In this document: piece after piece, positions 1 to 13,204 of the stretch
Numbering within the stretch: the first letter of the stretch is position 1
Layout: the number at the start of each line of letters is the position of its first letter
NCBI RefSeq assembly: GCF_018350175.1
Contig: NC_058368.1
Span: 131,504,001 to 131,568,000, forward strand
From: Felis catus
Lineage: Eukaryota
Reading direction: 5' to 3'
Length of the DNA: 64,000 nt
The notes under the pieces: model-generated
The model's database searches: none
Told to the model about the DNA's origin: nothing
The model's input: only the letters and a program-made list of their open reading frames with translations
Translations under genes and position numbers: made by a program

Positions 1-2079
1 TACTGTCAATGGGTGGCCTGTGCCATACATATCTGTGAGCTTTCGGGGTCCCTGGCTTGGTTCCCTGGTGGAACTTTGCTGTATAGTGAGTTGTTGGTAG
101 TTGCGTTTGAGGCTGAGGCCCCAGGGGCTTTGATCTACAAGGATATCCCACCCAACTGTACAAACACCAGGCTGCCACAAAATGATCCTGTCACCCTCTC
201 ATCACCTTGACCTGAGAATTAGGAACCAGGATCCACCTGTCTACAAGACATTCTCCTGGCGCTCGTAGGGTGTTGCAGTCTTAGTGATGTTCAACCTCAG
301 GCACTGCCTGGCAACTGCCTTCAATGGACGGACAAAAAAGATCCACAAAATAAACACATGACAATGCAAATGACCATTTGGCCTGATCAGCTAAAATTGG
401 GACTCAGCACTTGGACCATCTTGGGCAGTTTATGCTTTCCCAAAATGCTCTGCATTTCGGACCCCACCCCCAAAAGAAGGTCTAACGCACTCTGTGTCAA
501 GTCCCCCTGCACACATGTTTCCTTATGCTGTAAGGTAGCTCTCAAACAATGCCAGCTGAAAACTGAAATCGAAGAGCCACCAACTGCCTGGGAAAGATCC
601 CATCGTGTTTCCATTAGATGGTCCCTTTATTTATACAGATGATGTTTTCTTTAGCTAAAGCCAGTGGTTTTTCTGGAACCGAAACACATAAGCACTGACA
701 AACACACAGTCACATACAAACACGCTCACACCTACCATTATTAAATGCTAATTGACTGTATTTAATTCCTGGTATAATTAGTCCCTTTACCAAACACTTT
801 TGTTTAGATCCAGTTGTCTTCTTATAGTGCAAATAGTTCACTTTCAGAGCCCTGGGAGGCAAAAGGATATAGTAGGGGATTTTTGGTCTGTTTGTATTTT
901 TTTGTATGTTTGATGGTTGGTTAGTTTTATAATTTGCTAGCACTTGGAGTTCACTAAAATAACTGACTGGTTGCATTTTTCATCCAGTCTTCCTTTCAAC
1001 CACTGTTGTGACTTTAACCGTAATAAGGAGGTTATATTTTTAAAATACCTTTTAATGAGATGTAAAATGGTACTTCCTGTTTCCGTTGTTTTCATTTATA
1101 TGATTTTCTTTATGCACTCCCATGTTATCGGAATTGTCTTTTCCTTCTCCCATGTTCTTAAGCAGTGCTTTCATCTTAGAGCTCACGTCTCTCTTGACAT
1201 ACCCTGCAAAGAGCAGTCAAGAGCATGAAAACCCAGCTAGAGCCAATCAATACACAAAGTAATGGAATCTAACAAAGAACAACTATTTTCTATAAGTGAA
1301 AAGTAGGGAGGCCTCACTCACTCTCAGACTGGGAATAGAATCACGTCCACTGCACAAGTACCTGGTAGCATCTCGATTTAGCCCAGACGTTCCACATTCA
1401 CGTCTCCCATGTATTTTCTTCAAGGTGGTTGCTACATTATCACTTACTTCTGAGTTTTCCTTTTTATATACCAGTTTCCTTAAGTAGGCCCACGCTTCAA
1501 AATTTATAAAAATTAAAGCTAAATTTCTTCAAAGGCCTACTGTTTTGTCTGCGCAGTTTATTCACTGCTGAAATGAGACATTTTTCTCATCGAATTTTGC
1601 TCAAATAACAATGAACTTCTTACAGTAAAAGATAAAAGGTTAAGTTAGTGACCAGAAGTTACAGAGAGCACTTGTGAAAATAAAACCTGAACAAGTTTAA
1701 ACTTAGAAAATGCTCTCATGTGAAAAAAAATTAAAAATCTGTGAGGATCAAAGGTAATCAAGTTATTAGATGGTGTAGATGAGAAATTGGGAGACCCGAA
1801 GTGATCAAATAACTTGCCCAAGAAAGTGACAGAACAAGGCTTGTCTCCTGATTCCATATCCCATACTCTGCTAATTTTACTGTTCCTGCCCTAAAAACCC
1901 TTAACTAGAAGAGACTTCTCCTAGTTCTTATCATTGGCGGGGGCTGGGCGGCGGGGGGGAATGTCAGGAATACAACCTACCACTCAATGGAATCAAGATA
2001 CCCTCTGTTCATGGTAGCTTCCTTTCTGAGCATTTGTCTGAATTCAGTGAGCGTTAAGATGTGTTCATACATCTTCTAG
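1..2079 (+). other. RNF180: Last intron of RNF180 (3' part)
   Basis: Non-coding sequence with a MIR remnant upstream of the acceptor at 2078-2079; no further RNF180 exon recognised. Confidence 0.75.
1760..1890 (-). mobile_element. MIR SINE remnant
   Basis: agatgagaaattgggagacccgaagtgatcaaataacttgcccaag resembles the MIR core. Confidence 0.6.
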
Positions 2080-2279
2080 GTTTCCACAGACGTGCAGCCC
2101 CAGTTACAAGGAGGCAGTTCCCACATGGTGCACATAGAATGGATTATCTGCACTTTGAGGATGACAGCCGCGGATGGTGGTTTGACATGGATATGGTGAT
2201 CATCTATATTTATTCAGTGAACTGGGTCATTGGATTCATTGTTTTTTGCTTTCTTTGCTATTTTTTCTTTCCATTTTAG
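2080..2279 (+). CDS. RNF180: Last coding exon of E3 ubiquitin ligase RNF180 (Rines), encoding the C-terminal transmembrane anchor
   Basis: Acceptor catcttctAG at 2078-2079, phase 1. Reads (G)[65 protein letters not shown] to TAG at 2277-2279, recognised as the RNF180 C-terminus with a hydrophobic tail. Confidence 0.93.
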
Positions 2280-3085
2280 GAATTTTCATACTTTACTACA
2301 GTTGAACAATCACAAATGATGTAGATAACAATTAAACATTTTTAAAATGAGATTTTATAATGTTGCATTGTATAAATTGTTGGTGTTTATAGAAAGTCTG
2401 AGAACAGTGGACTTATTTATTAATGTTTTTCATGTAACAAACTAAGGTTTATTCAGGAACTTGTCTGTCTAGCACTTAGCAGTGATGCACTATTGATTTC
2501 CTAGTTCCTCTTGGTTTAGGATTTATGGGCTCTAATTTTACAATACCAGTTTTATACTTAATTGTAAAGACTGAGGTTTCCCCTCCTTGTAAAAATACAA
2601 AACAAAATTATAATCTGGGTAGATAGTATCTTTATTGACAAAATATTTAGCCAATCACCACTTATTCTTAGGCAAATTATGTGCATTAAAGATAAGTTAT
2701 ATTTCCTGGGAACTAATCTAGCAGGGTATACTCAGTTTTGGTGTCCAATGATCTCTGCTTATTTCCGTTCTGTTATCAGGAAAGCTGGCTGTTTTTTTAC
2801 ATAGACCTAATAACAGCTAGCATTAGTACAACATGTTTTATTATTACAAGAACAGAATAGTAAATGCAAAAAATCTGAGACTGATCCCCACCAATAGAAA
2901 GAGCAATGTATTAACTCTCCGAATTGCAGGATTACTCATTGGAGGATATAAAAAATTTACCAATTTTCAGTAGTCTAAAAGAGCAGTGCATGTCCAAAAT
3001 GTATCTAATTTAGTAATTTAACGCAGAGATTGTCAAATATACTGTAAATGTGCAATAAAGAGTGGCTTTTAAATTTTTTTTCATT
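2280..3085 (+). other. RNF180: RNF180 3' UTR (minimum extent, may extend further)
   Basis: AT-rich, repeat-free sequence from the stop codon to a poly(A) signal. Confidence 0.65.
3054..3059 (+). terminator. Candidate polyadenylation signal
   Basis: AATAAA followed by a T/GT-rich tract (ggcttttaaattttttttcattgttt). Confidence 0.5.
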
Positions 3086-6000
3086 GTTTAAGGTGATTTA
3101 ATATCTGGAATAAGGAACTGTTGTTAATAGGCTTATGACATATACGAAGAAAACCTGGCATTTCTTTTTATTGTTATGGTATTGTACCATAAGCCTTGGA
3201 ATTAGTTTTTCCCTTAATTAAAAAAAAAAAAAAGGAAATCTGAACTATCCCAGTATAGAAAACAATTAGGGCAAGCATCTCAGTTTCAAAAATGAGAAAA
3301 CTAAAGCACAAGGAAATAAGCTTCCTTATTTCAGTCACTCACGTGGTCTTTGTGTAGCCTATGAGAACACAGGAACCACTCAGCCAGCATTCCTACGCTA
3401 TGTCACCACATTTCTGATCATGCAATACGCATATTTTACACAAGGTAAGTGAACCTGTCATGGCACTTAAAAAATAATATAACCATCCAAACTGTGGCTG
3501 ACAAGGCTTCGAGAGTTCAATCTAGGGAAAGTCCAAATTCGGCCTAATTACTACTGACTGTATTTGAGTAAAAACAGCTATCTGATGGTATGTGGTGTTC
3601 TGGGAAATGGGATAGAATGATACAGTGAAAGAAAACAACAATGTACATAAGACATTATCAAATTTAGAAAGCAGTAAACTACATACAGTTTAGAACCATC
3701 AATGTTTTGCTCATGTATTAAAATATGTAAGTAAGTTATGCTGTAGCCTAGTGACATATAACTAGTATCTTGGTAAAAGATGTTGACAAAGCTCAGTGTT
3801 ACCTTACAGAAATAAAAATCGGTATTTATAATCACTAATGTATTGCTCAAAGTGAAGGCAAATTAACAAAACACCTATGAGGGGGGGGTATTTTAGTAAG
3901 TTTAAAATAAATTCCAGCCATTTCCCAAGCAACTCCTGGCTTACCATCCCTAGCAAATAAGCCTTCATTTCTCCTAAACTTAAAAGTTGATTCTAATTAT
4001 ATGTGAAGCAAAGTAGGTAGTGTAAAAGATACAGATTTATCAGAGGAACAGATTTGATTCCCAATATGTATTTATTCATTCAGTGATAATAAGTCTATAG
4101 ATCTGTATCTACAAACCAAATACAAATAAAAATAACACCCTTAAAAATAATAAATACCCTTAAAGAAAAAAGAAACCATAGTCTAGAGGAACACACTAAA
4201 TGGACTGATTATATATGACTGTTATTAACTTGATCTGAGAATTACATCATTTGCCATATTAAAATTAAAAGTAAATTTAGAAAATTATAAATTGCTAATT
4301 TTACTTCAAGATATTTAAATTGTATGCAAATGGAGCTAAAAGCTGCCAAGTATTAAGTGCAGTGCTCCCTACAGCTACAGTTTATTCGAAGCCAGATAAA
4401 AGCTGAGATGAAAAGAAACCATTTTCTTCCAGTACCTATCACACAGTAGCCACCAATAGATTATTAATAAATTTGTAAATAAATACATGTATGAGCTTTA
4501 GAGTGACAACAAATTTTATGTTCTTCTTGTTTGGGGTCTTTCACAGTATCAATCACACAGAAACTCATTTTCCAATAAAGAACAAAGGGAAAGAAGAAAA
4601 ATCCTAAAACTAATCAAGTACAACATTTGCCCTAATTATTATTTAATAGGTTTAATTTTCTGAGTTATGTCTCTCAACAATTTCTATTTCTACTGAGCTC
4701 AGTTACTGTGAAGGTTAATTTTCAATACTCTCACATGCGTTTAAAAAAATGGCCAAATCTAAGTTACATTTTTTAATTCTTTCAGCAGGTAATTTATTGC
4801 TTGATTAAAAAAGAAAAATTCACATGCCAAGATCAGTTCATTTTATACTCATTAGAAGAGAGGGGAATCTAAATTAGACAAAATGTAAAAGGAACAGAAT
4901 TTGTTATACAAAGACCCTATCACTTTGAATCACCAAATTCAAGAATAGGAAAAAAAAAAAAAAAACTATTTCTCAGTCTGCTATACTACTAATACCTACT
5001 CTAGTATTAAAAGCTAAATATAGCAACAAAGCCAGTATCACTTTCCTTTCTGCCTTAGAATCTTGCTTCCAAGATACCTGGAATGGCATGACCAAAAAAA
5101 AAGCCAATTAATGAAATTATCACTTGAATGTCCTCTGTATGTTTAAATGAAAACAGAGGTTTTTTAAAACTTAATTTTTATCTGGATCATTTCTTAAGGA
5201 AGGCCTTAGAAAAGAGAATACTTTGATGACATGCAATGACAATTAGTCTTTGACTCTTCATAGAATTCTGCAGTTGAAGGCAGAGGGCATTGTCATACAG
5301 CACAGTATTCCTAAGATTCTGAATATTTTATGCTCAACTTTCACTTTCTTGAAAAGTTTCTGATTTTCAGTAATTCTCAGTGTATGCACTCAGTAAGTTC
5401 TATCAGTGTATGCTTTTCTCCAGGATGCATTTATTTTCCTTTTTTTGTTGAAGACAACACCTATAGTAAGAATTGCTTTTATACATTTCAGTTTTTACAT
5501 AGATCTTATGATGAACATCATTAAGAGGTACCTTTAGGCCATGGTATTAACATCCTATGAGAACAATATGTATCTATTTCAGTGTGCATTTATCTTACAG
5601 GGTCAGAAAAACAAATTCTTTCACATTCCCACTTTTGTTTAGGATCTCTCATATCATGCAATAGATATACTTTGAGAATTGTTGGTCTTATTTCAACACT
5701 TCTAAAATTAGTTTTTGGACCATTGTCACCAAGTTTATGGTTACTTCTCCTTGTATACATAACTGTAAATAAATTAAGTGCTATTAAGACAGAGTCCTCT
5801 TAGTTTTTTTCTTCCTCTTTCACATTTTTATAAGTCTAAACCTCATCCAAAGAATAGTAAGTACACAGACTGCTCAATAAAATGCATTTTTGTTATTGAC
5901 AGCATAGGAAAAGATGATACTGCTCTTGAAAGAACCTGGCAAATATTTTAATTGCTTTACCTGCATCACCTTGTCTACCAACAAAACCATAAAGAGGAAA

Positions 6001-6788
6001 AGGCAAGTGAGAAAAGATAACATACATTTATGAAACCACTCTTAGATACTTGGCTGGTCACATTACCCTGTCTCCTCAATACTCTTCGAAAAGGATGATG
6101 TTAACCTTATAGATGAGGATGAGAAGTAATGTGACCAAAGTCACACAAACTTAGAAGTGATTAATACTGCAAAAGGAGCAGTGGGAATAAGAGATTATCT
6201 AAATCAAGAATGCAGGAATGAACTACTTGCTCCTTGTCTGTAACAATTTTCATTGCTTATACTAACAAAAAACTTGGTATCTGCAGGACACTATTCAATA
6301 CGCAGTACTATATTTGATAAGAGCTTTCATCCTGTGTGCCAACTTAGATTGATTTATGGTGCTTACCTTTACTTAGAAGGATTCTGAGGTTACATCTTGG
6401 CACCGTGAGGAAAAGAGTGCTCTGATCCACTGGCATTGTCCCTCGAATAGGGGGGAGGAAAGTGATGGGGAAGAATCGATCCAAGTCAGGTATTTGGATA
6501 AGGAGGTGGTAGAAAGGCATTTAGGTTTTAGAAGCAGGCCTTACCATTTGTTGAGGGAAAAAGAAAAATGAAACTAAGTAACTATAATTAATAACATTAT
6601 GATACATACTGTTATATGAAATATAATAGTAAACTACAGTCCTTTACTTTTCATTTTGCCTTAAAACAGAATAGGTACCTAGCTGTGAATTACATAGATT
6701 TTTAAAACATAATGGTGTAGTCACAATGTAATTTAATTTTCTCATACAGAGAAATTTTAACCCATCATTAAAAAAAAAATAGTATATA

Positions 6789-7016
6789 GAGGTGCCTGGG
6801 TGGCTCAGTTAAGCATCCATCTGAGGCTCAGGTCACGATCTCACAGTTCGTGAGTTCGAGCCCTACATCAGGCTCTGTGCTGACAGCTCAGATCATGGAG
6901 CCCGCTACAGATTCTGTGTCAAACCTCTCTCTCCCCCTCCCCCACTTGCATTCTCTCTCTGTCTCTCTCTCTCTCTCTCAAAAATAAATGCTGAAATATC
7001 AAAATATATATTTTTT
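6789..7016 (+). mobile_element. Can-SINE (SINEC, felid type)
   Basis: ggtgcctgggtggctcag head, (CT)n tract, A-rich tail. Confidence 0.9.
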
Positions 7017-8201
7017 AAAGTATACAGTCCTGATTCACAAGTTCCGAAGAACTAAATAGATGTTGCTGGTAATGTCTATTCTGAGCCCAATATCTAAAGG
7101 TAAGAAGTAGAGTGTAACAATCAACCTAGGCCAAAAGTCAACCTCAACATTACTTCTTAAACCTTCATATACCTACATTAAATCTTGATAAAGCGCGTAT
7201 TTTTCAGGTGTAGATTAGGCTTGAGTTTCTGCATTGCTGATAAGCTGCCAGGAAGTACAGATCCGCCATGAGCCACACTTAGAAAAACAAGGAACTTAAA
7301 AAAATGCAAATGAAAAGAAGGTAATGAATCTTGCGTTTCTGTCATCTAAAAAGTGTTCCCAAAAGATAAATTTCTCATTGTTTTGGCATTTGAGAATTAT
7401 ACTATACCAGTTATCTGATAATATGGGAATTATAAGGAATTGTGCTATAAATAATTTTATATAAGTACTGAATAAGCTTCTGAAATTACTTGGTGGGTTT
7501 TTAAGACGAGGCAGCAATATGTCAGTAGTTTATTTAAAATCCACAAATCAAACTTTTCTCCTTTTTTTAGAAAAAAATCTTTCCCCTCTTTTCCCTATTT
7601 TCTCCCATTACCCCCTCTTTGACCTTCATATCTTTATCTAGAATCCACTGGAATAGAACAAATGTGAGATTATCCTTATAACTAATAATAGCATATCTGG
7701 AGATATAAAATATACTGTTACATTTCTTCTTACCTCAAATTCTTACTATTCATTATAATTGCAAGAATCAAGAGAACTCATTATCATCCTGGGTTCCACG
7801 ACTAAAATTTACTTAACCTTTCTTTCCTCATTTTCATCACCTGTAAAACTATGCTGAATAAAACAGACCTTCACAGGATTCCTCTGGGATAAAATTCAGT
7901 TCACGAGAAAATTAGGAAACAGATCTAAAAGTTCTTTGAGAAACAGTTTATGTAAGACCAATTATTTAGAAATAGGCAAGTTATTTAACCAATCTAATTT
8001 TGTTTCTTCATTTATAAAAAAGAAAAAGAAAAAACATATTATGGATTAAGAGATAATGCTAGTGAAAGCAAGTGCTCAGTAAATGTGTCTTTCCCTTATT
8101 TAAAAACTTAACTTTGAAAAAGGCCACAGGCAAGTTTTTCTTTCTTACAGGATATTAGTAAGGTACAAATGCCTTATTGCTGTTCATGCACAATCTTTTT
8201 T

Positions 8202-8315
8202 TCAAAGATATTTTTTTTAATTTTTAAGTGATCTCTACACCCAATGTGGAGCTCGAACTCACAACCCCAAGATCAAGAGTTGCGTGCTCTACTGACTGAG
8301 CCAGTCAGGTGCCCC
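8202..8315 (-). mobile_element. Short Can-SINE variant
   Basis: Reverse-complement tRNA-like head ending ctgagccagtcaggtgcccc; lacks a long CT tract. Confidence 0.8.
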
Positions 8316-8969
8316 ACAACTATAGTCCTTAATTGCCACGAACTAAAGCTAACATTCCGTTAAGCTGACAGCCACAGAACATAGTATAGAAAAAAATGAG
8401 TCATTAAGTGGGCCCTTAGGCAAAACTGAATTCTAAATCAAGTTTCCTAGCCACCGGAATGTAGGGCTGTTTCTCCTCCTTCATGGGCCCTACTTTGTTT
8501 GAACCAAAGACTTAGTAGCATCATGGCACATGGCCACACCAAGAAAAGTATTTTACTGAGAACCTAAAGCAATTAGGCTAAATATTTATCATTTTGGCAT
8601 TTGTTTCTTAACACTGAAAATGATACCAGTGATATCTACCTATAAAATTTGAATCACTGTGCCCCTTCTTGTAGCATTTTGTAAAAGTACTTTATTACCA
8701 TAAACTCAATCCTCAAATAGTGCTCTTGTTCATTTTTTGCACCTTTTAGATACAGCAAGCCATTCCATACCAATTCAGAGGAAAGGGGGTCTCATTTTAC
8801 TTACAGTTTTGTGTAACAGTACTATAAACTTAATAATCCAGCTAGTAAATCGTAACATTTACTCAGAGCACATCACTGAGCTGTATCTCTGGTCATAAAC
8901 CTGAGAATACCATGCCAAAGTATCCTTAATATCAAACAACCCTTACTACATTTATTTCAAAAATATTTT

Positions 8970-9180
8970 GGGGCGCCTAGGTGGCTCAGTCGGTTGAGCG
9001 TCCAACTTCAGCTCAGGTCACGATCTCACAGACCGTGAGGTCGAGCCCCGCGTTGGGCTCTGGGCTGATGGCTCAGAGCCTGGAGCCTGTTTCCGATTCT
9101 GTGTCTCCCTCTCTCTCTGCCCCTCCCCCGTTCATGCTCTGTCTCTCTCTGTCTCAAAAATAAATAAATGTTAAAAAAAA
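8970..9180 (+). mobile_element. Can-SINE (young)
   Basis: Near-consensus body; TSD aaaaatatttt. Confidence 0.93.
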
Positions 9181-9189
9181 TATTTTCAT

Positions 9190-9406
9190 TATTTAAAAAT
9201 TTTTTTAATGTTTATTTTTGGGAGAGAGACAGAGACAGAGTGTGAGCAGGGGAGCAGAGAGAGGGAGACACAGAATCTGAAGCAGGCTCCAGGCTCTGAG
9301 CTGTCAGCACAGAGCCTGACGCGGGTCTTGAACCCATGGACCGCGAGATCATGACCTGAGCTGAAGTCGGACGCCCAACCAACCAACCAAGCCACCCAAG
9401 CGCTCC
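9190..9406 (-). mobile_element. Can-SINE
   Basis: T-rich tail, (GA)n tract, reverse-complement head. Confidence 0.92.
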
Positions 9407-9407
9407 T

Positions 9408-9590
9408 TTAATTATTTTATTTTAGAGAGGGCAAGCAGGAGATAGGGGCAGAGGGAAAGGGAGAGAGAGAATCTTACGTAGGCTCCAAGCTCTGTGCAAA
9501 GCCCCACATGGGCTCAGTCTCACAACCCTGGGATCATGACCTGAGCCAAAATCCTTAGACTCTCAACTGACTGAGCCATGCAGGCACCTC
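9408..9590 (-). mobile_element. Older Can-SINE
   Basis: Diverged SINE ending ctgagccatgcaggcacctc. Confidence 0.85.
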
Positions 9591-10179
9591 TCAAAAAGAT
9601 TTTATACATACATGGGAAAGACAATAAAGGGTTTATAGACTAACATATCATTTTCGATTATAATTAAACTATTTCTTCGCATAAGGGTATTCTTGATGTA
9701 ATAATAAGGTCATTTTTTTAATATTTTGTATTCAGTTCAAAGCTTATGTTTTATAGGCACTAAATATTTTACAACATATTCTACGGTGTTTTCGTTTCCT
9801 AACATAGTACCAATCTTGAACTAAGAACAAGTTGTTTTCACAAAATCTTCGAAGTTTATTTTTCTTGGAAATTGGAATAGGAAAAAAAAGAACTGTAGTA
9901 CTATTTCAATTCCCATGTTAGTCCACAAAGTCTCATATAAACCTATATGAGGTACAAGAGGTACAGCACTCATACGGCTTGTCAACTCCGGCTAACCACC
10001 ACCACAGCATGCGTTTTCCTCAGTGTGGCTCTAGACGCCTGGAAAGTATTTATGCAACATCAACGCCTGCCCAAGATGTGATAAGGTGGTGGATAAAGAA
10101 AGGAAAACCCTCCTTGTAGCCACCAGCACATAAAAAGCTTATCTATATAATATGTAAAAATGAGAAGAGACTGAGATTA

Positions 10180-10473
10180 GTGCCGTCAAAGAGATGGATA
10201 ATGCGAGCCCTCTGTAATTGTAAATATTCTAACAGCCACACATAAAAGTGAAAAGAAACATTAATTTGAGTGCGCTTAATCTAATTACATTCCACATGGT
10301 ATCATTTTAACATATAATAGATAAAAAATAATGAGAGACTTACAGTGTTTTTGTATTAAGTCTTCAAATCCAGTGTTAGTTCCAAATAGCACATCTCAAT
10401 TCAGACTAGCCTCATTTCAAGTGCTCAGCGGGCACGTGTGACTAAGAGGTGGCCACTATATTGGACAGCAGAG
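10180..10473. mobile_element. hAT-Charlie MITE (MER33/MER3-like)
   Basis: gcacatctcaattcagactagcctcatttcaagtgctcag...tattggacagc terminal motif. Confidence 0.7.
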
Positions 10474-10479
10474 GCTTTT

Positions 10480-11355
10480 ATCAGTGCAGCAATCAAGGTC
10501 CAGTCAGGGAAGAAAAATCAAGATCTGAGTTGCATTATGGAATAAGGAACTTATCTAGGAATTAGACCTTCCACAGTTGTGGGAAGAGCCGGGGAAGTAG
10601 AGGTCTAAAAAGGAGAAATGATAATCTGCGAAAAATCTTCCTAAAACATTAGAAAAAAAGAAGTATCCAGGAAATGAGGTAGCCAAGCCAAGCCAGCCTT
10701 TAAAGTGGGCCCACAAATTCCTGTGCAGGGATTTCTTCGAAGAAAAGGTGCTGAGCCTGGAGCGCCTTCGTGGTCCAAGGACCAGTAGTCATGAAGAGCT
10801 GAAGGCAGATCAGGGGACGACAGGGCCAACCGGAACCTGCTGGCCCCTCTACATCAGCTTCCGGATGCCTCAGACCAGAAAGGTCTTCAGAGTGTAATGG
10901 CAAGCGTTTTGCTTCTCCTTTTCAAATCTCATGAACATTTCTCTTTTTGAGGCGCCTGGGTGGCTCAGTCAGTTAAGCATGCAACTTTGGCTCACGTCAT
11001 GATCTCACAGGTCCTGAGTTCAAGCCCTGAGTGGGGCTCCATGCTGACAGCTCAGAGTCTGGAGCCTGCCTTGGATTCTGTGTCTCCCTCTTTCTCTCCC
11101 TCCCTCTCCCTCTCCCTCTCTCTCTCTCCCTCCCCCCCCCCATTCCCTCTCTCTCAAAAATAAATAAACATTAAAAAAATTTCTCTTTTGGCCAACTACA
11201 CCTGGAACCATATAGGAAAGGAAATTCTGGGAAAGGTATTTTGAACTTGGCTAAACAGGAGTAGTACAAAACCACTAGAGCAGAAACATACAGAAAAGGG
11301 CCTTTGGGCAACATAGTTGCAGCTTAGCCAAGTTGACACAGTAAAAAGCACCACA
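10480..11355 (-). mobile_element. ERVL-class LTR(s), MLT2/LTR52-like, interrupted by a SINE
   Basis: Reverse-complement LTR starts (aaattctgggaaa...; agccaagttgacaca...accaca) near 11280 and 11355. Confidence 0.6.
10949..11179 (+). mobile_element. Can-SINE
   Basis: Head, CT tract, tail; TSD atttctctttt. Confidence 0.92.
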
Positions 11356-11736
11356 GTGATCTAGGTCCAACTAATGACAGAGTCAGCTCTAAACTGAAAA
11401 TCACAGGCTCCCTAAACGTTTGTGTAGGTGATTCTACATAGCAGGAGAAACTAATGTCTGTTTGATGATAAGTACATGACAGGTACTACCAAGCTGTTTC
11501 ACAACAATCCTAGAAGACTTCTACTACAACATCCATGTACAGAAAAGACAACTAGAGCTAAAAGAGGTTCGGCAACTTTTCTAAAGTCACACAGCTACCA
11601 AGTGTAATGGCCAAAAGCCGAACCTAGACAGGACTATTTCTTGAGGCTGTCTTCTTTTCCCTACAGGTAAGAAGTCCAGTTCCTAATGTAGGGACTTTAA
11701 CAGTAACAAAATAAAACAATTCACAGGCATTCCTCC

Positions 11737-12900
11737 TCAGTGAAATTTTGAGAGGTCCAGCATTTTGTAGCATGTCAAGATACCCCTTCTAGTGTTGAGC
11801 GGTACTAGAACACGGGAAGGGTCTTCAACAAGTCCGTGCTGCCATGCAAACTGCCCTGTCATTTGAGCTGTTTGATCCACCACATCCAAAGGTGTTTGGT
11901 CACTAGCAGAGGGGATGCAGTCAAACTTCTGGCAAATGTAAATAGATAAATCCCAGAACAGACCCTTAGGAGTTTGCATGAAAGCGACACCATCCCTGTA
12001 GGTAACTATTCTCCTTTTGAGAAACAGCTTTCAGGCCTTGTGCATGGCCGAGCATTTGACCACGGTCCACCAAGTTGCCATGATCCCCGAGCTACCCATT
12101 ACGAACTGGGTGTAGTCTGGTCCATCAAGCCATAAGTTTAGGTGTACACAGCCAGCAGCATTTCATTATCAAATGGAAGTGATAGACACAAAGTTGGGCT
12201 TGAGGAAGCCCTGAAGGCCCACACGACTTCCATGAGGAAGGAGACCAAATGTCCGTGGTCATTATTCCTGCTCTATTATCCCCACCCTCTCAGCCCATAA
12301 CTATGTCTTCCTGTCTAAGAGCAGACAACTGAGGAAGGAAAGACTCGGGGCTGGTTTACAAAGGGTTCTGAGTGATTTGCAGGTACCAAAGGTGGACAGC
12401 TAGAACTACAGCCTTACTTTGGTCATCCCTGAAAGGCAATGGGAAAGGGAAATTCTCCCAGTGTGCTCAACTTCAAGCAGTGCACTAGGCTGTTTATTTT
12501 TCCTGTAAGAAGGTACAAGTCAATTCTGATTAATTGGCTCTAATATGAGATTGTTTGTATAAATATTACCAAATATTGTTGTTTTATCTCAGCCTTACCC
12601 TGTCATCATCTAACGTAAGATGTGTTCATAATAGCTAACTTTGTATCGCAAGATGCACTGATGATAATTAATCTCCATATTTAAATTACAAAGGAGTAGA
12701 GGAACGTCCCCCAATGATTTTCTATCCTGTTCTGGAAAGACCTGGCATGTTTGCGGTGGTATATGACATAGCTGACCACGTTAAGCAGTATGGTTTAATT
12801 AGATGGTTTACCAAAGCGACAAGGGCAAACTGTGATGGCTTTGTGGGATATCATCATGGCTAGGCCAAATTACAACGCCCCAAATTCTCTGTCTCCAATG
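11737..12900 (+). mobile_element. ERVL internal pol/3' region plus start of 3' LTR, decayed
   Basis: Fragments such as NYSPFEKQL, HQVAMIPELPITNWV and HFIIKWK are typical of ERV-L pol; LTR start tgtgatggctttgtgg at 12831. Confidence 0.8.
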
Positions 12901-13117
12901 CACAGTTAGCCTGGTAAAGGATTATACGTCCCGTTAGGGGAAGGCTGGGAGAAGGGCTAACAGTATATATTTTTGGCAATGTAGCAGGGTATGGGGGTCT
13001 GGGTCTGTAATCAGCTCAAATCTGGAATTTGACTCTGTGTTTTGGTGATCTAAGCCAGACTTCTGTTCAGTAGACCTAGGACACCTCTATTTATACATCT
13101 CAATTAAGAATTTAATA

Positions 13118-13204
13118 CATGGGCATTGAGGAGGGCACCTGTTGGGATGAGCACTGGGTGTTGTATGGAAACCAATTTGCCAATAAATTTCGTATTTAAA
13201 AACA
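13118..13204 (+). mobile_element. Extremely 5'-truncated felid L1 3' end
   Basis: gggatgagcactgggtgttgtatggaaacc...aataaa; TSD aagaatttaata at 13106-13117 and 13205-13216. Confidence 0.88.

Noticed and set aside
2061..2279. Stand-alone 72-aa membrane microprotein
   Set aside because: The GTG start is intronic; the ORF is the spliced last exon of RNF180.
6367..6545. Minus-strand segment with strong donors (AAG|GTAAGC, ATG|GTAAGG)
   Set aside because: No convincing acceptor and no recognisable protein in any frame.
8981..9163. Recurrent MAQSV...SAQVMIS peptide family, and tRNA-like A/B boxes
   Set aside because: These are Can-SINE translations and tRNA-derived SINE heads, not genes or tRNAs.
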